Source of the DNA: Felis catus
Taxonomy: Eukaryota
Length of the DNA stretch: 64,000 nt
Direction of reading: 5' to 3'
Assembly: GCF_018350175.1 (NCBI RefSeq)
Contig: NC_058370.1
Coordinates: 125,302,001 to 125,366,000, forward strand
The notes beneath the pieces are model-generated. The model ran no database searches. It was given only the letters and a program-made list of their open reading frames with translations, and was not told the origin of the DNA. The position numbers were made by a program, and so were the translations under genes. Shown in pieces: positions 51,406 to 64,000 of the stretch. How positions within the stretch are numbered: position 1 is the stretch's first letter; the number at the start of each line of letters is the position of its first letter.

Positions 51406-52132
51406 GTCCCCCATGCCCAGGGGGAACCTGAGGGCTCAGATGGCACTCCTGCCAGTGGGAGGCCCACCGTGTACCACACAGAAGCTAACTGGTGGCATTT
51501 GCTGTGAATAGATCTGCCACCCCCGCCACTAAGCATCCTAGATCCCACTGGTAGAAACCAGGAGGAATGGGTATTCCAGGGTCTATCTCCCTTTTATCAG
51601 ATATGTTCATAGTGAAACACTCAGGACAGAAAAGGACAGAAGATGCTCAGAGTCTGTCTCCATTTGAACACCTGTGTCAAATTGAGATGAAATGGAGATT
51701 GTTAATAAGGACCATTTTTTAGGTGGTAGCAGACTGCACCCCTCCCTAGGCTTCCTTTTCAGGGAGAATCCCTCTCTGTGTCTGAGCTCTTACCTCCCTC
51801 CCCACTTGACCTTGGATGCAGTCCCTTCACCATGCATTTAACTATTATCTCTCTGCCCCCTTCAGTCACTGCCTGTTTCCACTGCCACTTTGTCTTATGT
51901 TTGAGAATGTCCCCTTGGTCCCCTTTTCCCATGGAGGTTTTCTTTTCCCTGACTCCACAGCTGTGAGCCAACCCCAGTTAATTAATATACACCAGCAATA
52001 CCAAATCCATCAAATCTAGGACACTGTCAATTAGAACACTCACTATTATTTTATATACTAATAAAAAAGAATAAATGCTGACAAACTATAACATATTATC
52101 AACTGTAAGGTGCTTTAATTCCAGAGTAGTTC

Positions 52133-52165
<33 letters not shown>
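52133..52165. repeat. (AAT)n microsatellite
   Basis: Read directly. Confidence 0.95.
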
Positions 52166-52166
<1 letters not shown>

Positions 52167-52168
52167 GT

Positions 52169-52392
52169 GGGGCGCCTGGGTGGCTCAGTCAGTTGGGTGG
52201 CCGGCTTTGGCTCAGGTCATGATCTTGTGGTCCATGAGCTCGAGCCCCGCGTCGGGCTCTGTGCTGACAGCTCAGAGCCTGGAGCCTGCTTCGGATTCTG
52301 TGTGTCCCCTCTCTCACTACGTCTCCCCCACTCATGCTCTGTGTCACTCTGTCTCTCAAAAATAAATTTAAAAAAAAATTTTAATAAAAAAA
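52169..52392 (+). mobile_element. Can-SINE (SINEC_Fc-like)
   Basis: Full body. Confidence 0.95.
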
Positions 52393-52503
52393 TAGTAATA
52401 ATAATAATGTGCATCTTAGAATCAATGACATGAGATATATAAGCATGAAAATAACATCACTTAAGAACAATAATCAAATGTTTTTTTAAAAAGAAACATT
52501 GCA

Positions 52504-52715
52504 GGGCCACCCGGGTGGCTCAGTTGGTTAAGTGACCAACTCTTGATCTTGGCTGAGGTCATGATCTCATGGTTCCTGAGATAGAGCCCTGAAGTCAGGC
52601 TCTGAGCTGACAGCACAGAGCTTGCATGGGATTCTCTATTTGCCCCTCCCCCATACTCTCTCTCTCTCTCAAAATAAATAAAAACACTTTAAAAATAAAA
52701 CAAAATAATAAAAAA
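52504..52715 (+). mobile_element. Can-SINE (older variant)
   Basis: Head, CT linker, A tail; flanked by AAACATT(G/T)CA. Confidence 0.9.
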
Positions 52716-53394
52716 AACATTTCAAAATGTGGTAACCAGCTAAAGCCAGCTGAAATCATGCTGTTTTTTTTTATAATACATTCACTCATACCAAAAACAT
52801 GGTGGGACAGAGAGGGACAGGAATGTTCAATGTTTGTCCCATGTTTTTGTGACTTCTGGGGCACTTCTGTCCCTGTGCTCACTGTCCAACTTGCTTTTTT
52901 GGTACCATTTGCTTCTCATGCCCCATGGCTATTCTCTTTGCTGGGTTCCAGATAACCAGAGCCTCTTTTCCTCCACATTTTAAAAGATTTATTTTTATTT
53001 TTATTCAATTTTACTGTGTAGTCAATTTTGCTATAGGTTTGGGGCAGCAGAGATGGCTAACATTGCTGTACTTAAAAGTCTTTTGCCCTATAATACAAAG
53101 AGTGTCCTTCCGGCTGATCCTTCCTCACCATGGCCCCTAGCCATAATTTGGTTTTCTCTTCACCTACTCCTTCCCTCTCCAGTGTTCTCATCCACCCTCA
53201 AACTTCTCCTCTGTCATCAGAGTAGTTTAGCCCTTCCTCTGACTTTCTGTCTGCTTCAGGGACTCCAGATCTTCTTTTCAAAATCTAAAGTAGCTTGTCA
53301 ATGTATTTACCCCAGAAAGAAATAATGGTAGTCCCCTTAGGAGGGAAGAGCAGGTATATTCCCTTGTGTTGATTGTTGTTTGTTTGGTAGGGCA

Positions 53395-53827
53395 AACAGG
53401 TAGTAAAATGCACAAATCTTAGGTATTCCGTTTGATCAATTTTGGCAATTGTATCCATCACTGGAAAGTCCCCTGTGCCCTTTCCAATTAACTAACAGCC
53501 CTCCTTCCCACAGTCAACCACTTCCTGGTGTCTATCACCACAGATTAATTTTGTCAAATATTGAACTCCATATAAATGGAATCAAACAGCACGTGCTTGT
53601 TTGTGTCTGAATCTTTTGCTTCACTTGCTTTTAAGATTCATTCCTGTCATTGCTTATTCTAGTAGTTCCTTCATTTTTACTGCTGAGTATGGTTCTGCTC
53701 CATGCATACAGCACTATTTGTTTTTCTTTTCTCCGATGTATGAACTTTTGGGTTGTTTTTGAAATGTAGCTATCATGAATAAGACTACCGTGAATATTTT
53801 CACCTAAGTCTTTTTGCGGACATATGA
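53395..53827 (-). mobile_element. L1ME-type 3' fragment
   Basis: GTAAAATGCACAAATCTTA, TTGAACTCCATATAAATGGAATCA, TTTTTACTGCTGAGTA. Confidence 0.8.
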
Positions 53828-54349
53828 TTGGCTGTTTAAAATTTACAGTATTATTTCTCTGCGGCCCAAGAAATAAGTAAATTCCCCTAAACTATCATTA
53901 AAATCTACAACTAATACCACCTGCAGTTTCCCAGGACAGCTAATGAAGGCATGAATTCAGGGTGAATACCGTCCCAGAGATTTTCAGGACTATCTAAACT
54001 TGTCACTATTATATATGAGACTGTTTCCAGAAACTCTTTCTCCTGAGTAATAGTTCTATTGTTTCACGTTGTGTGATAGCCCTTACTATCCAAATCCTTA
54101 TTATCTGAGCTCTTGTTACCTAAACTCAGAGACTGAATAGCTTTATATACTTTTTTTTTTTTTGAGATGGTCTGACATCTCTCAATATCTCAACCTTCAT
54201 TCCTGTCTCTCTGAAGCCCAGGAGCAGTCTGTTGTGGACACTGTTTTTCACAATTTGTGATGAAAAATTTCCAGACCTAAATGGAACTTTCCAATGACAC
54301 AATTGCTGAACTTCTGTTTAGCACCATGCTGATTTAAGCTCTACCTATA

Positions 54350-54530
54350 ACCTTCCTATGAAGAACCCAGCACTTCTGTCTTTGGTTGTGCAAGGTTGAG
54401 TAAGTTACTTTGCTTTTCCAGCCCTCAGTTTCCCTCTCTGTATTATGGAATTATATCCACGTCATTGAATTGTGGTGAAGAATACATGTGACTGATGATA
54501 TGTAAGAGCTCAAGAATACTCAGGACTTTG
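54350..54530 (+). mobile_element. MIR
   Basis: TTGAGTAAGTTACTT...CCTCAGTTTCCCTCTCTGTA. Confidence 0.7.
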
Positions 54531-54539
54531 GGGGTGCCT

Positions 54540-54982
54540 CATTCTTGTTTCTGGCTCATCTCTGCCCCTCTAGACCCACTCTCCACCCTTCACCCTGCTT
54601 CACTACACTCCCAGACTGCAACAGCCACACCCCCTTCCTTGACAGGTACCAACTGGTTTGGCCAATGGGAGGCACCAGTGAGGGATTGGGGGCAGGGAGG
54701 AAATAGAAGTTTGGGCTCTTATTCCTCTGGAGTCCACCGGTCCCCTCCACACTAGGCTGTGGATTCTCAGTGGCACCTCACTTCCCACCCAACTCCATGG
54801 CTGCGGGTCTGGCTGGCTGGATGCCTTCTGGCCTAGAAGGTGTATCGGCTTCTTATCACATATAGGCCCCATTGTTGGGTGATTCCTTTAACTCTCATAC
54901 CTTTGAACATAGTCCTTTTGTTAAAATCTCTTGAGCTACTCCTTTAAGTGTGCCATCTGTTTTCTGCCAGGGCCCTGATGGG
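54540..54982 (+). mobile_element. LTR33-like ERVL solo LTR
   Basis: GGTTTGGCCAATGGGAGGCACCAG and terminal GTGTGCCATCTGTTTTCTGCCAGGGCCCTGA. Confidence 0.75.
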
Positions 54983-56469
54983 CTCCCTTTTCTAGGCCTG
55001 CAGGAGGTGGCGTTAGCCCCAATGTAGTTGGCTACTTGAGAGACTGTATCTTAGCCCAACTGCAGGAGGTCTTAGCCAGAAGAACCCATCATTTGGAACC
55101 TGGCTCTGCGCAGGCTTAAACATTCCGTTTATGTTGTGAAAATAGGAGAATGTCATTCTTGAAAAGAGATTTCTTTTTTTTTTTTTTTTTTACTTTTAGA
55201 CAACACTTTCCTTCCCTCCTCTCTGACATATGTACCTTTAAAAAAAGAGAAGAAGGAGAAGGAGAACAAGAAGATGCTGTGCTCGTATTTATGAGGGAGT
55301 CAGGCATCCAGTTCTCCTTTCAAAGCTCTTCATGTAGAAAGGAAACTGGCCCTGACGTTTACACAGTCCAGGAGAATTCCAAATAGAATTTGGACAGATT
55401 GGGAAGTTACCATCTTGAAGTGTGCGGGGAAAACAATCCTGGTGGGAAGATGTGGTGACATATATGAGACAACCCATGGATGTCAGGAATGTGCTGCTCT
55501 GTACGGACCTCTGCGCTTCACCATCTAATGGGATTGCCAAAAATATGCATATGTTCCTCATGATATCACATGAGAAGGCCATCCAATTAAAGCACTCCAC
55601 CGTACACGCAAGGAGGATAATTTCTGAGTATATTTATGATTGCTTAATGTCAACAAAAGGGTCTTTTAAACGCAGCACATTCCTTAGCCTGTGCTCGCAG
55701 ATCATGCTAAACACATCCAAATGCACAAACTATAAAAGAGGGAAGAGGCACTACCGGCACACCGAGCTCTTTGGTTTCTGCATCTGGCCAGCGTCCACTG
55801 GGAGAAATGTAAGTCAGAGTTTACCACATGGATTACAAATGTGCTGAATTGCAAGAATGATTATTAAATGAAAATATCCATAGCACCTGCAGCTTGTCCC
55901 GGAAAATTCCCCCAGGGTATTGTGGGTGCTTTTTAATTTTTTTTTTTTTTGAGGAAAAAAAGTAAGACAGGGTGAGATGCAAATGGTGACTCCAGCTGCT
56001 TATAGTAGCAGCTCCATTAATGTTCCTGAAGGGTTTGCTGAGGCAGTTCTGTCAATTGGAGCTGCTTCCATTCCCATCAGGAGCGCAGTGAGGGAGGGGG
56101 CTGGGGAATATCATTAGCCTCTTTCCTTTGAGGTTCCGGTGATCAAGAAAATGAAAATAATAGTAATGTAAATGGCAAGTGCTTTAAAAAACAAAGCACA
56201 TCAGTGCAGAGGGAAGTGTGAGCTGGCTCTGTAGTTCTGGCCCCAAGCAGTGTTTATTCTGTCATAGGTCAGGGCTTCTTCTGGAAACAGAAACTGTGCG
56301 GCTATGTGGATCTTGTTGATTTAATACATGGTTGTATATATAGAGAGAGAACACTCTGCACATATGTAATATTTGGCCATGTTTTAATCAGCTTCTGTGT
56401 GTGTGTGTATGTGTGCGTGTGTGTGCACGCCCACACATGCATGTGGAAACAAAAAGAATAAAGTTAGGA

Positions 56470-56690
56470 GAAAGTTAGTGAAGTGGTTAATTTCTGGAAT
56501 GTGAAATCAGAATACCTAGAGTCAGTTACCAACCTACCCCTGTAAGTACCTGGACAAGTCACTTTACCTTCTCAGCCTCTCCTCCCCCACATATAAAATA
56601 GGAATGATTATTATTAAATCCATCCTCCTCTGACAGGTAGATATAAAGATCAAATGAGGTACTTGGTGTGCAAATGCTTTGAATATGTTA
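56470..56690 (+). mobile_element. MIR
   Basis: CCTGGACAAGTCACTTTACCTTCTCAGCCTC...AAGATCAAATGAGGTA. Confidence 0.75.
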
Positions 56691-59600
56691 AGTTGCTAAC
56701 CAATTATTGGTTATTATTATTAGAAACAATTCCCTGCTGCTAAAACTCTCACACCTAAGTAAAACTCTATCAAATGTATCAGTAAAAACATGGTTCACAC
56801 ATACCTGGAAATTGGAATCTGACCAGAACCCTTCACCTGTAGGTAACCATTTTGGGGGTTTATCTACTAGTAGAGGGAATGCATACATTTAAATTTCATT
56901 CTAGGATTGGAAAATCAAAGGTGAATTGATGTAGTATGTACTTGTACCTTTTTTTTTTTTAAAGTGAGCTTTCATAGCACAAATGGACAGAGATCTTTAA
57001 AGAGCTTTAAAATGTAAGTGTTTGCACTCTTTTTGCCTCCTGCCTCTGACCACCCCCTTCTAGCACATGCTCATTCCTAAAAGGGATTTCTGTGGTGATC
57101 CTGGGCCTAGGACATTTGTGGTGCTGATCTGGATAATTGGTGGAAAGAGGGCTGACCCGAGCCTAAGAAAAACTGAGGGGACTTACCTTAGAGAAGCCAG
57201 AGGTAAAGCAGAGATCTTAGAACATGAGAGGAAGGTGAGAGCCACTGATTGTTAAGCTTGGGGAGCATTTGAGACAGTTTTGAGACAGTGAGAAAAGATA
57301 TTCGGTTACGACTGTCATGCCATGTTGAATGCAATTTTGGAAAGATAATGACTTAAAGCAAGTTCTGAAGATGATTTTCCTGTACATTGTACACTGCCAT
57401 TACCCCTAGCCATTTTCTCAGTCATTAAGAAATAAATTGTTTCGCAATTTCTCTTGAATGCCAGTCATAGATCTCTTCTGAATTTAATTGTGTATTGAGC
57501 TGGAACACTAGCAGCATAGCTTTGTGTGGGTTATATGAAGATAATAAAAAGCTGACTGTCATAAGAACTTCAACATCTATTTTGATGTTGAATGGATAAC
57601 AAGTTATATTTTCAGCTATCAAAAGATTCTGGCACATTTTGCTAAGGAATATGTGGTAAAATGAAAAAAAAAAAAGGAAATTCACAAGATCTATATGCAT
57701 CTATCTGTATCTTCATAGCAGAATGTAGAATGACAGAACCTCAGGAAAAAGTCCCCAACTCAGGCCTACTGAAAAGTGCCTCCTCCAGTGCGGAGTCATC
57801 AGACTCCCAGACCCATGGTCCCAGACCCATGGTCTGTTCTGACTGAACGAAATTATTGGGATTATCTACTTATATCCTCTAATTTAATACAGCAAACACT
57901 CAGGCACAAAACTTTGAAGGACTGACCCAAGGTCAAATAATTAGCTAAGGGCGTCTGACCCTACCGTTCAGTGTTCTTGGGACCACACCAAGCTTCCCTG
58001 CAAAGTATCCTAAAAAGGATGCACCAGAGAGGTAGGTGATGGAGAGTAAAGAGTCCTGCACCCACTGGAACCACCTCAATAAATGTGCCTGCTTTCTCCA
58101 CTGACCTCCAGCTGCTAAAGAGCGTCAGGAAGCAAGCTGCTGTGGGATGCAATGTGGGCCTCCTGCTGGGAAGGTTTCCTTCCCTTGATGAATCCATCTC
58201 TAAGAAATGGCCATCTCTGTCTACCCTGCACAGGGCCCACAAAGTTATGTTAATAATCTCTCTGCCCATTAAACCAAGATTTCACTCCCATAATGTTCAC
58301 CTCTTGTTAACACGTACACACAATATTAGAAAGGAGGTAAGTTTAAGCTTCTTTCAATGGCTGCATACAATAACACATAAGATTCCCTTTTTCTTCTCTC
58401 TTGCAACAGATTGGCAAAGACCTGAGGTGACACAAATATAATGTGGCTGGAAAACCACATTATATATTGAAATTCCTAGATAATATGAAGTCCCTTTCAA
58501 ATCTTCTTCCTATTCCTAAAGTTTTATTTTTATTTTCTAGATTTATATTCTAGATTTATTTTCTAGATTTACTCATGGACTTGAAAAGAAAAAGTACAGA
58601 CATACTTTATTTCCTGATTATAATCTAACTGGAAACATCATGTAAATATGTAGCTCTTATATTTTAGTTTTTCTGCCCTGAATTGCAATCTTCCATCTCT
58701 GAGTTATGTGCTAACCAAAATGAGAACCGTGGGAAGAAAATGCATGGCTCTGTTCAATTCTGAGTGTTTGAGTATTGGCAGGGGTTGGGATCAACAGGGT
58801 CACGGGAAATTGTGAAAACTCATTCTGTCTAGCTGCTTCTCTTGCATCCACTCCCTATTATGCATGCCTCTTTAATTCACAGTTCCCTGGAAATTTCCTC
58901 TGGCTTTTAAAGGAAGTAGGAGACTACTTCTGCCTTTGATGACCCAGTCTAGGATCTAACAATACTCACAGAAAAATACGTGTTTTTCTTATGTCCAACC
59001 TAGTTTCTAAATATATATTCCTACTCCGGGCTATGATGTAGTAGTTTGTTGCTGACTTACTCTTCTGCCAAGAACAATTAGAAGCTTGATTTTTAAAAGT
59101 GTCCAAAGGGAGCAGGGAGCTACTGATATGACAAGGATTTGAGGGGCCAGATGCTGCAGAGAAAGGATTCAGTGAGGTGACCACACTGATTTCCTACTCA
59201 GAGCTCTGAGCAATTTTTGGTGTGGGGTAAGAGGTTGAGAAGCCAATCAGAGGACCACTTCTAATGGGTAGAGCTTTAGGAGATATTGAGAGCTAGAGAG
59301 CAAAAGACTGGAACGTTGGATTTTCAAGGTCACTAAAACTTGAGTGTCAAGATCCTCAAGAGAAGGAAGGTGCAGAGAAGTGAGCCTGACATCTGATACC
59401 AGGCAGTTGGCAATTAAACTGCATAAGGCAAGAGGGTAAAAGGCTAAGCAGAAGGCAGCTGAGAAGCACAGCAGAGCTTTTGGTGGTTATGTGATGCCAA
59501 GAAATAGAAAAATGGAGTATAGAGCTTAGAAAGGAAGGGCTGACCATTGTGGACACTTCAGGCTCTTGGATGGCACCACTGGAGGATTATACTCTACAGG

Positions 59601-60188
59601 TGGAGGCCAACCAGAGGTAGAACAACACTTCCAATAATGCAATTTAGTCTCAAATTAATTCAATCTCTGACTGGATTGAGATCATCTGTCTCTGCCTGCT
59701 TTCTGAAAAAGAGGTTGAATCTTCTCTGAAAGATGATGACATCATTCAAATCATCAACAGAATTTTAAACAATATCTGACTTTCAATAAAAATGATCATG
59801 TATGCTAAAAATGGAAGTGATAAGTAAAGAGATAAGAGAAACAGGTGACCCAGATATTGGAATTGTTAGATATGGGTTTAAAAATAATTGTGATTAATAT
59901 GTTCAAGAAGATAGATGGGAATATGGAGAATTTCATCATAGAATTGGAATCTATATAAAATAATCATATGGAAATTCTAGAACTGAAAATTCCAATATCC
60001 GATATTAAGAAATTAATACATGGATTTAATAGCAGATCAGATAGAGCTGAAAGGAGCTAAGTAAGCTTGAAGATAGGTTAGTAAAAAATATTTAGAGTGA
60101 AGCATGGAGGCAAAACAAAAAGAGAGAGAGAGAGATAAGCATTGTAGAGAAGAATGTAGGAGACACATATCTGGTGGAAAGTCTAACA

Positions 60189-60305
60189 CAGTGTTTCTAA
60201 ACCTCTCCACTATTGACATTTTTTTGAATCAAACAATTTTTATTTTTTTGAGGGTGTATTTACCTTGTTGGAAATAAATACATCATCCCTGGTTGAGAGC
60301 TACTA
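60189..60305 (+). mobile_element. MER20 (hAT-Charlie), internally deleted
   Basis: CAGTGTTTCTAAACC...ACTATTGACATTT...CCCTGGTTGAGAGCTACTA; 8-bp TSD GTCTAACA/GTTTAACA. Confidence 0.8.
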
Positions 60306-60859
60306 GTTTAACATAAGTATGTTGTCAGAGAGAGAATGGGGCAGAGGCAATACTTGTAGAGAAATGGCCAAGAATTGACTAAAAAAATGTTATAAATCTA
60401 ACACCTAGACATGTCATAGTAAAACTGCCAAAAACCAGAAATAAAGAGGAAATCATAAAAATAGCCAGAGTTAAAAAGATCCATTACTCTTGAAGAGTCA
60501 CTTTATGACCAATAGCTCACTTCTTAATAGAAATGAAGGAAACTATGCAACAGTAAAATGGTATCTGTAAAGTCCTGAGAAAAAGATAAATGCCAACTTA
60601 GAATTCTATAGCCAGCAAAAATATCATTCAAAAATGGAGAAGAAATAAAGACATTCCTGAAAAAAGCCAACAGATCTCATTCCCAGCAGGAAATGACCTA
60701 TGGAAAATACTAAAGGGAAATGCAGGAAGAAAGGAAGAACAATGGAAGGGTTAAGTATGTGAGTAAATCTAAATAAATATTTACCCTAAAAAACAGGAAC
60801 AATCATGCCTTATGGGATTTAAAAGATATGTAGAAATAAAACATATGGTAACAATAACA

Positions 60860-61397
60860 CAAAATAGGACCTAACACAGCAGGTCCGAGACTGCTCTCAT
60901 TAGAAAGACCTACTTGCAAGGTTGACTACATAGGCATCTGAGAGTTTAAATGTGGGGAAGGTCACCACCATTCCCTGAACTGAGAAGAGCGGCTCACTGT
61001 ACCCAAACTCTTCATGCAAGCGAAATGGTTCATGATGAACACCTGCTTTCTTTCTTGAAGTCTGGAATGTTGTTAAGTGTCTATAATAACACCCAATGTG
61101 TTCTTGGATGCTGAGTTCCTGATGAGCTTCCCTGGTGGACAAGCATTTGACATGAGATGTCCCAACTCGTTGCTGTGGGAATTAAGCATATCCTGTGTGA
61201 TTCCACCAGGAGGGAACTCTTGGAATTTTGTGCCTGGTTCCTTCCAAACTACCACATTCTCTTTTTCCATTTACTGATTTTTTTTGTCTCTTTTCACTTG
61301 AATCAATCGAACCTGTGAGTGTAACTATATTCTGAGTCCCATAAGTCCTCTTAGTGAAACACAGATACCAAGGATGATCCTGGGGACCCCAGTAACA
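60860..61397 (+). mobile_element. MER68-like ERVL solo LTR
   Basis: TAACACAGCAGGTCCGAGACTGCT...TTAGAAAG...CTTGCAAGGTTG; GAGCTTCCCTGGTGGACAA; ends GGGACCCCAGTAACA. Confidence 0.8.
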
Positions 61398-61840
61398 GGC
61401 TCTGTTAAACTTCAAGTTTCAAGGTTTCCAAGGATCTTTCAATGTCAGGGAAATGGTGAAAGTACAATTTCATATTAGTTTCTAATAAATCAATAATGTA
61501 TGTTAGTCAAGATAACTACTAAAACAAGTGTAAATAAATGTTTACTTAATGAGCTAATGAGGTGGGATTTGGAATAATAACAAATATTGGATTAAGCCAA
61601 AGGAAGACAAAAAAGAAGAAAAAAGGAACATAATTAATGGGGAAGATAGAAAACAAATATTAATATGGCAAATATAAACCCCCAAATGTCAGCAATTACA
61701 TTCAATATGCATGGTGTATGTATTATAATTGAAAGATGAATCTGTCTAAATTTTATAAAATGTCCAATGATAGTCTGCTTAAAGGAGAAACACCTTAAAT
61801 GTAAGGAGACAAATGGTTGAAAGTAAAAGTACTGAAAAAC

Positions 61841-62044
61841 CAGTAGTATCCTGGCACCATCTCATAAGGCCTTACAAGGATTGATTGTTAAGTATTCAGG
61901 AATTTTGCAAGTCAGTTGTTAAAAGTTTGATTGCTTGAGATTGGCCATGGTGGGAGCATTCACCCCATGTAAATCGGCAAATGTCACAAATTGACAAATC
62001 AGGGCTTTTTAATTTTCAGAGAGCCAGTTCACCAGTCCTCACTG
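61841..62044 (+). mobile_element. MER63A-like hAT-Blackjack MITE
   Basis: CAGTAG...CACTG termini; TCAGGAATTTTGCAAG, GGCCATGGTGGGAG, ACAAATCAGGGCTTTT. Confidence 0.8.
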
Positions 62045-63912
62045 ATGCAAACCTTAATTAAAGGAAAGCTGATGCGGTTATGCTAATAATTTTCTCTAAT
62101 GCAGGAGGCATTATAAGGGTAAAGAAATTCACTTAAGAATTATAAAGTGATTAAGTGATTAGTAAGGTATAACAATTTCAAATTTGTAAACACCTAATAA
62201 TAGATCTTTGAAAAATAAGAAACAGAAATTAACAGAATCTAAAAGGAGACATATGCAGATTCAGAATCATCATGCAAGACATCAAAACACCTTTCTCAGA
62301 AAATTCTAAGTGTATTGGGAGGATTTCCTGCCTCTGTTACCCTTATGACATGGAATGGAAGTATTAGAACTTCTCATCTATGATCTTTCCATTTAAATCT
62401 GAAGTGTAGGTATCCCAAATAGAGGCCATCACCCTACTCATCCTTAACTGTTCAGCAAAAGTGATTTTGGATATTTGATATGGGTAATGACTATTCATGC
62501 ATGTCTTCATAATTAGTCAACATTTATTGAAAGCCACTTTATGCATTCCCTGGTTCAGTTGTTGATTGTACCAAGGCATGTACCGAGCAAGATACTGTTC
62601 TTATTCTCAGGAATTTAATCTAATTTGAGATGCAGACATAAAAATAAATAATTGTAGAACAAAGCAATAAATACTTCATTATCACTTGAGATACTTCTCA
62701 TTGCAATAATAAAAGTAATAAAAACCCTGACACAGATTGTTTAATATTATTCTAGAACTTGTGAATTCTTGAAAATCATAAAAAGTTAGAGATAAAGGGA
62801 CAGGACCTTTGAAATCAACTGATTGCAGTGCTTGATTTTAACATTGAAATATAACATAACACAAAGGCATTAAAGCTCAGAGTGGTGAAGTGATTTATTT
62901 ATGTCTTTAAAGCAAGTTAATTGTAACACCAGGGATTAAAGCACCCTATTCTTTATCCAGTACTGTTCCTGTTATGCCACATTGCACACTTCAGTTTCCT
63001 TTTGAGCCCATTCTGTCTTGAAGTAAAAGCATGCAATCTCTTCCCTCAAATAAGCTAAAAAGATGAGACAGATGATTGTGCAAGCTTTTGTATGGATTTT
63101 CTTTCATTCTGAAATCTTTACACATTCACAACCAAGTTCAGTTAAGAATCCTCAAGGCAACTAGCATGTTGATTCACTTATTTATTCCACTATCAAATGT
63201 TTATTAGTATACTTAAGGATAAGATACTCTACTAAGCACTGGGGATGCTGATTTTTGGCTTGCTGATAGATTCATTTAAAGAATGACCTCACAGATTGCA
63301 TTATCTGGAGGTGGGAATGAATGAACTCATGCCAAAATATATGTAATAATGACAAATGATATCGTAGATGGATGTACCAAATAAGTGTATATAAGATATA
63401 AGACCTATTTTGAATAATCTTTTGTGGCCAGAAGGCTTATAAAATATGGTAAATATATCACAAACTTTGTGAGAATAAATGTATATGAGAAATGTATATG
63501 AGTCTGGATGTATATATGAGAAGGTTGGTTAAGGTGACTATAGCAGTGACACAAAGATGAGACTCAATACCATTAACATAAAAGTAGTCACCAGATCACT
63601 GGAAGATAGTAAAAAGACAAAGGTAGTCACTAACCCTTCGGTAACACCAGAGTAGAGTACCAGTATATCTTATAGCTTAGGTAGAAGTATATTTATATCA
63701 AATGATAATAGAGATCTACTAACACCATCTTTGGACAAGCTCAGGAGAATGGACTATTGGATTCTGAGCACCCTCCTTGTCCCTCGTAACTTTGTGAAGT
63801 AAATAGTGATGGGTAGTTCTTTTAATATATTGTATCATGTAACCCTGTTACTCTGACCAATAGTGATAGCAACAAAAGATCAGTCCTCTAGACAAAGGTA
63901 ACCATCTATTAG

Positions 63913-64000
63913 TATACTATTCAGTATGGTAACCACTAGCCACATGTGGCTAATGAGCACCGGAAGTATGGCCAATCTAATTGAGATATTTTCTAAATGC
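63913..64000 (+). mobile_element. MER33-like hAT-Charlie element, cut by the window end
   Basis: TATGGTAACCACTAGCCACATGTGGCTAATGAGCAC...AATTGAGAT. Confidence 0.75.

Larger units (their letters stand above)
52001..52434 (-). mobile_element. MER104 (TcMar-Tc2 MITE) split by (AAT)n and a SINE
   Basis: CATCAAATCTAGGAC...ACTATTATTTTAT and ATGTGCATCTTAGAATCAATGA termini. Confidence 0.7.
59720..62310 (+). mobile_element. Ancient L1 (L1ME/MD-type) ORF1 to ORF2-start relic hosting three nested elements
   Basis: GAAATTCTAGAACTGAAAA, CACCTAGACATGTCATAGTAAAACTG, TAGAATTCTATAGCCAGCAAAAATATCATTCAAAAATG. Confidence 0.8.

Noticed and set aside
1385-52414. Recurrent peptide family (WVAQSVK..TSAQVMIS..LTAQSLEPASDSVSPSLS) in many ORFs
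   Set aside because: These are translations of Can-SINE copies, not a gene family or repeat-spacer array; spacing is irregular and most copies have their own TSD.
57805-57834. Short tandem duplications (TCCCAGACCCATGG x2; also 8539-8562 and 58532-58570)
   Set aside because: Ordinary slippage duplications with no higher-order structure.
1-64000. Novel multi-gene system or intact autonomous transposon
   Set aside because: No intact ORF1/ORF2, transposase, gag/pol/env or recognisable host gene is visible, and the host locus cannot be named from sequence alone.

Overview
This is mammalian genomic DNA from a cat-family (felid) carnivore. The evidence is about 18 tRNA-derived Can-SINEs of SINEC_Fc type (GGGGCRCCTGGGTGGCTCAG head, CT-rich linker, A tail). 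It is a draft assembly with three N-gaps (279-541, 31431-31618, 40478-40672). The window reads as a large intron or intergenic region. Much of it is recognisable transposon relics: L1, L2, L3/CR1, MIR, MLT1, LTR33, MER68, MER97, MER3, MER33, MER20, MER58, MER63 and MER104. I could not recognise any protein-coding gene, RNA gene or CRISPR-like array, and most track ORFs are explained by SINEs, microsatellites or N-gap read-through. The best leads are: (1) a non-repetitive block around the 31.4-kb gap that is either a minus-strand terminal exon or a Cdx/Hox-motif-rich conserved enhancer; (2) a fold-back SINE/MLT1 inversion at 40.0-40.5 kb; (3) a CpG-rich tail-to-tail MIR pair that suggests GC-biased gene conversion; (4) several datable nested insertions; and (5) a few candidate small exons and enhancers. 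I found no evidence for a new multi-gene system. Repeat subfamily names come from my recollection of consensus sequences and need confirming with RepeatMasker/Dfam. Boundaries of old repeats are approximate.
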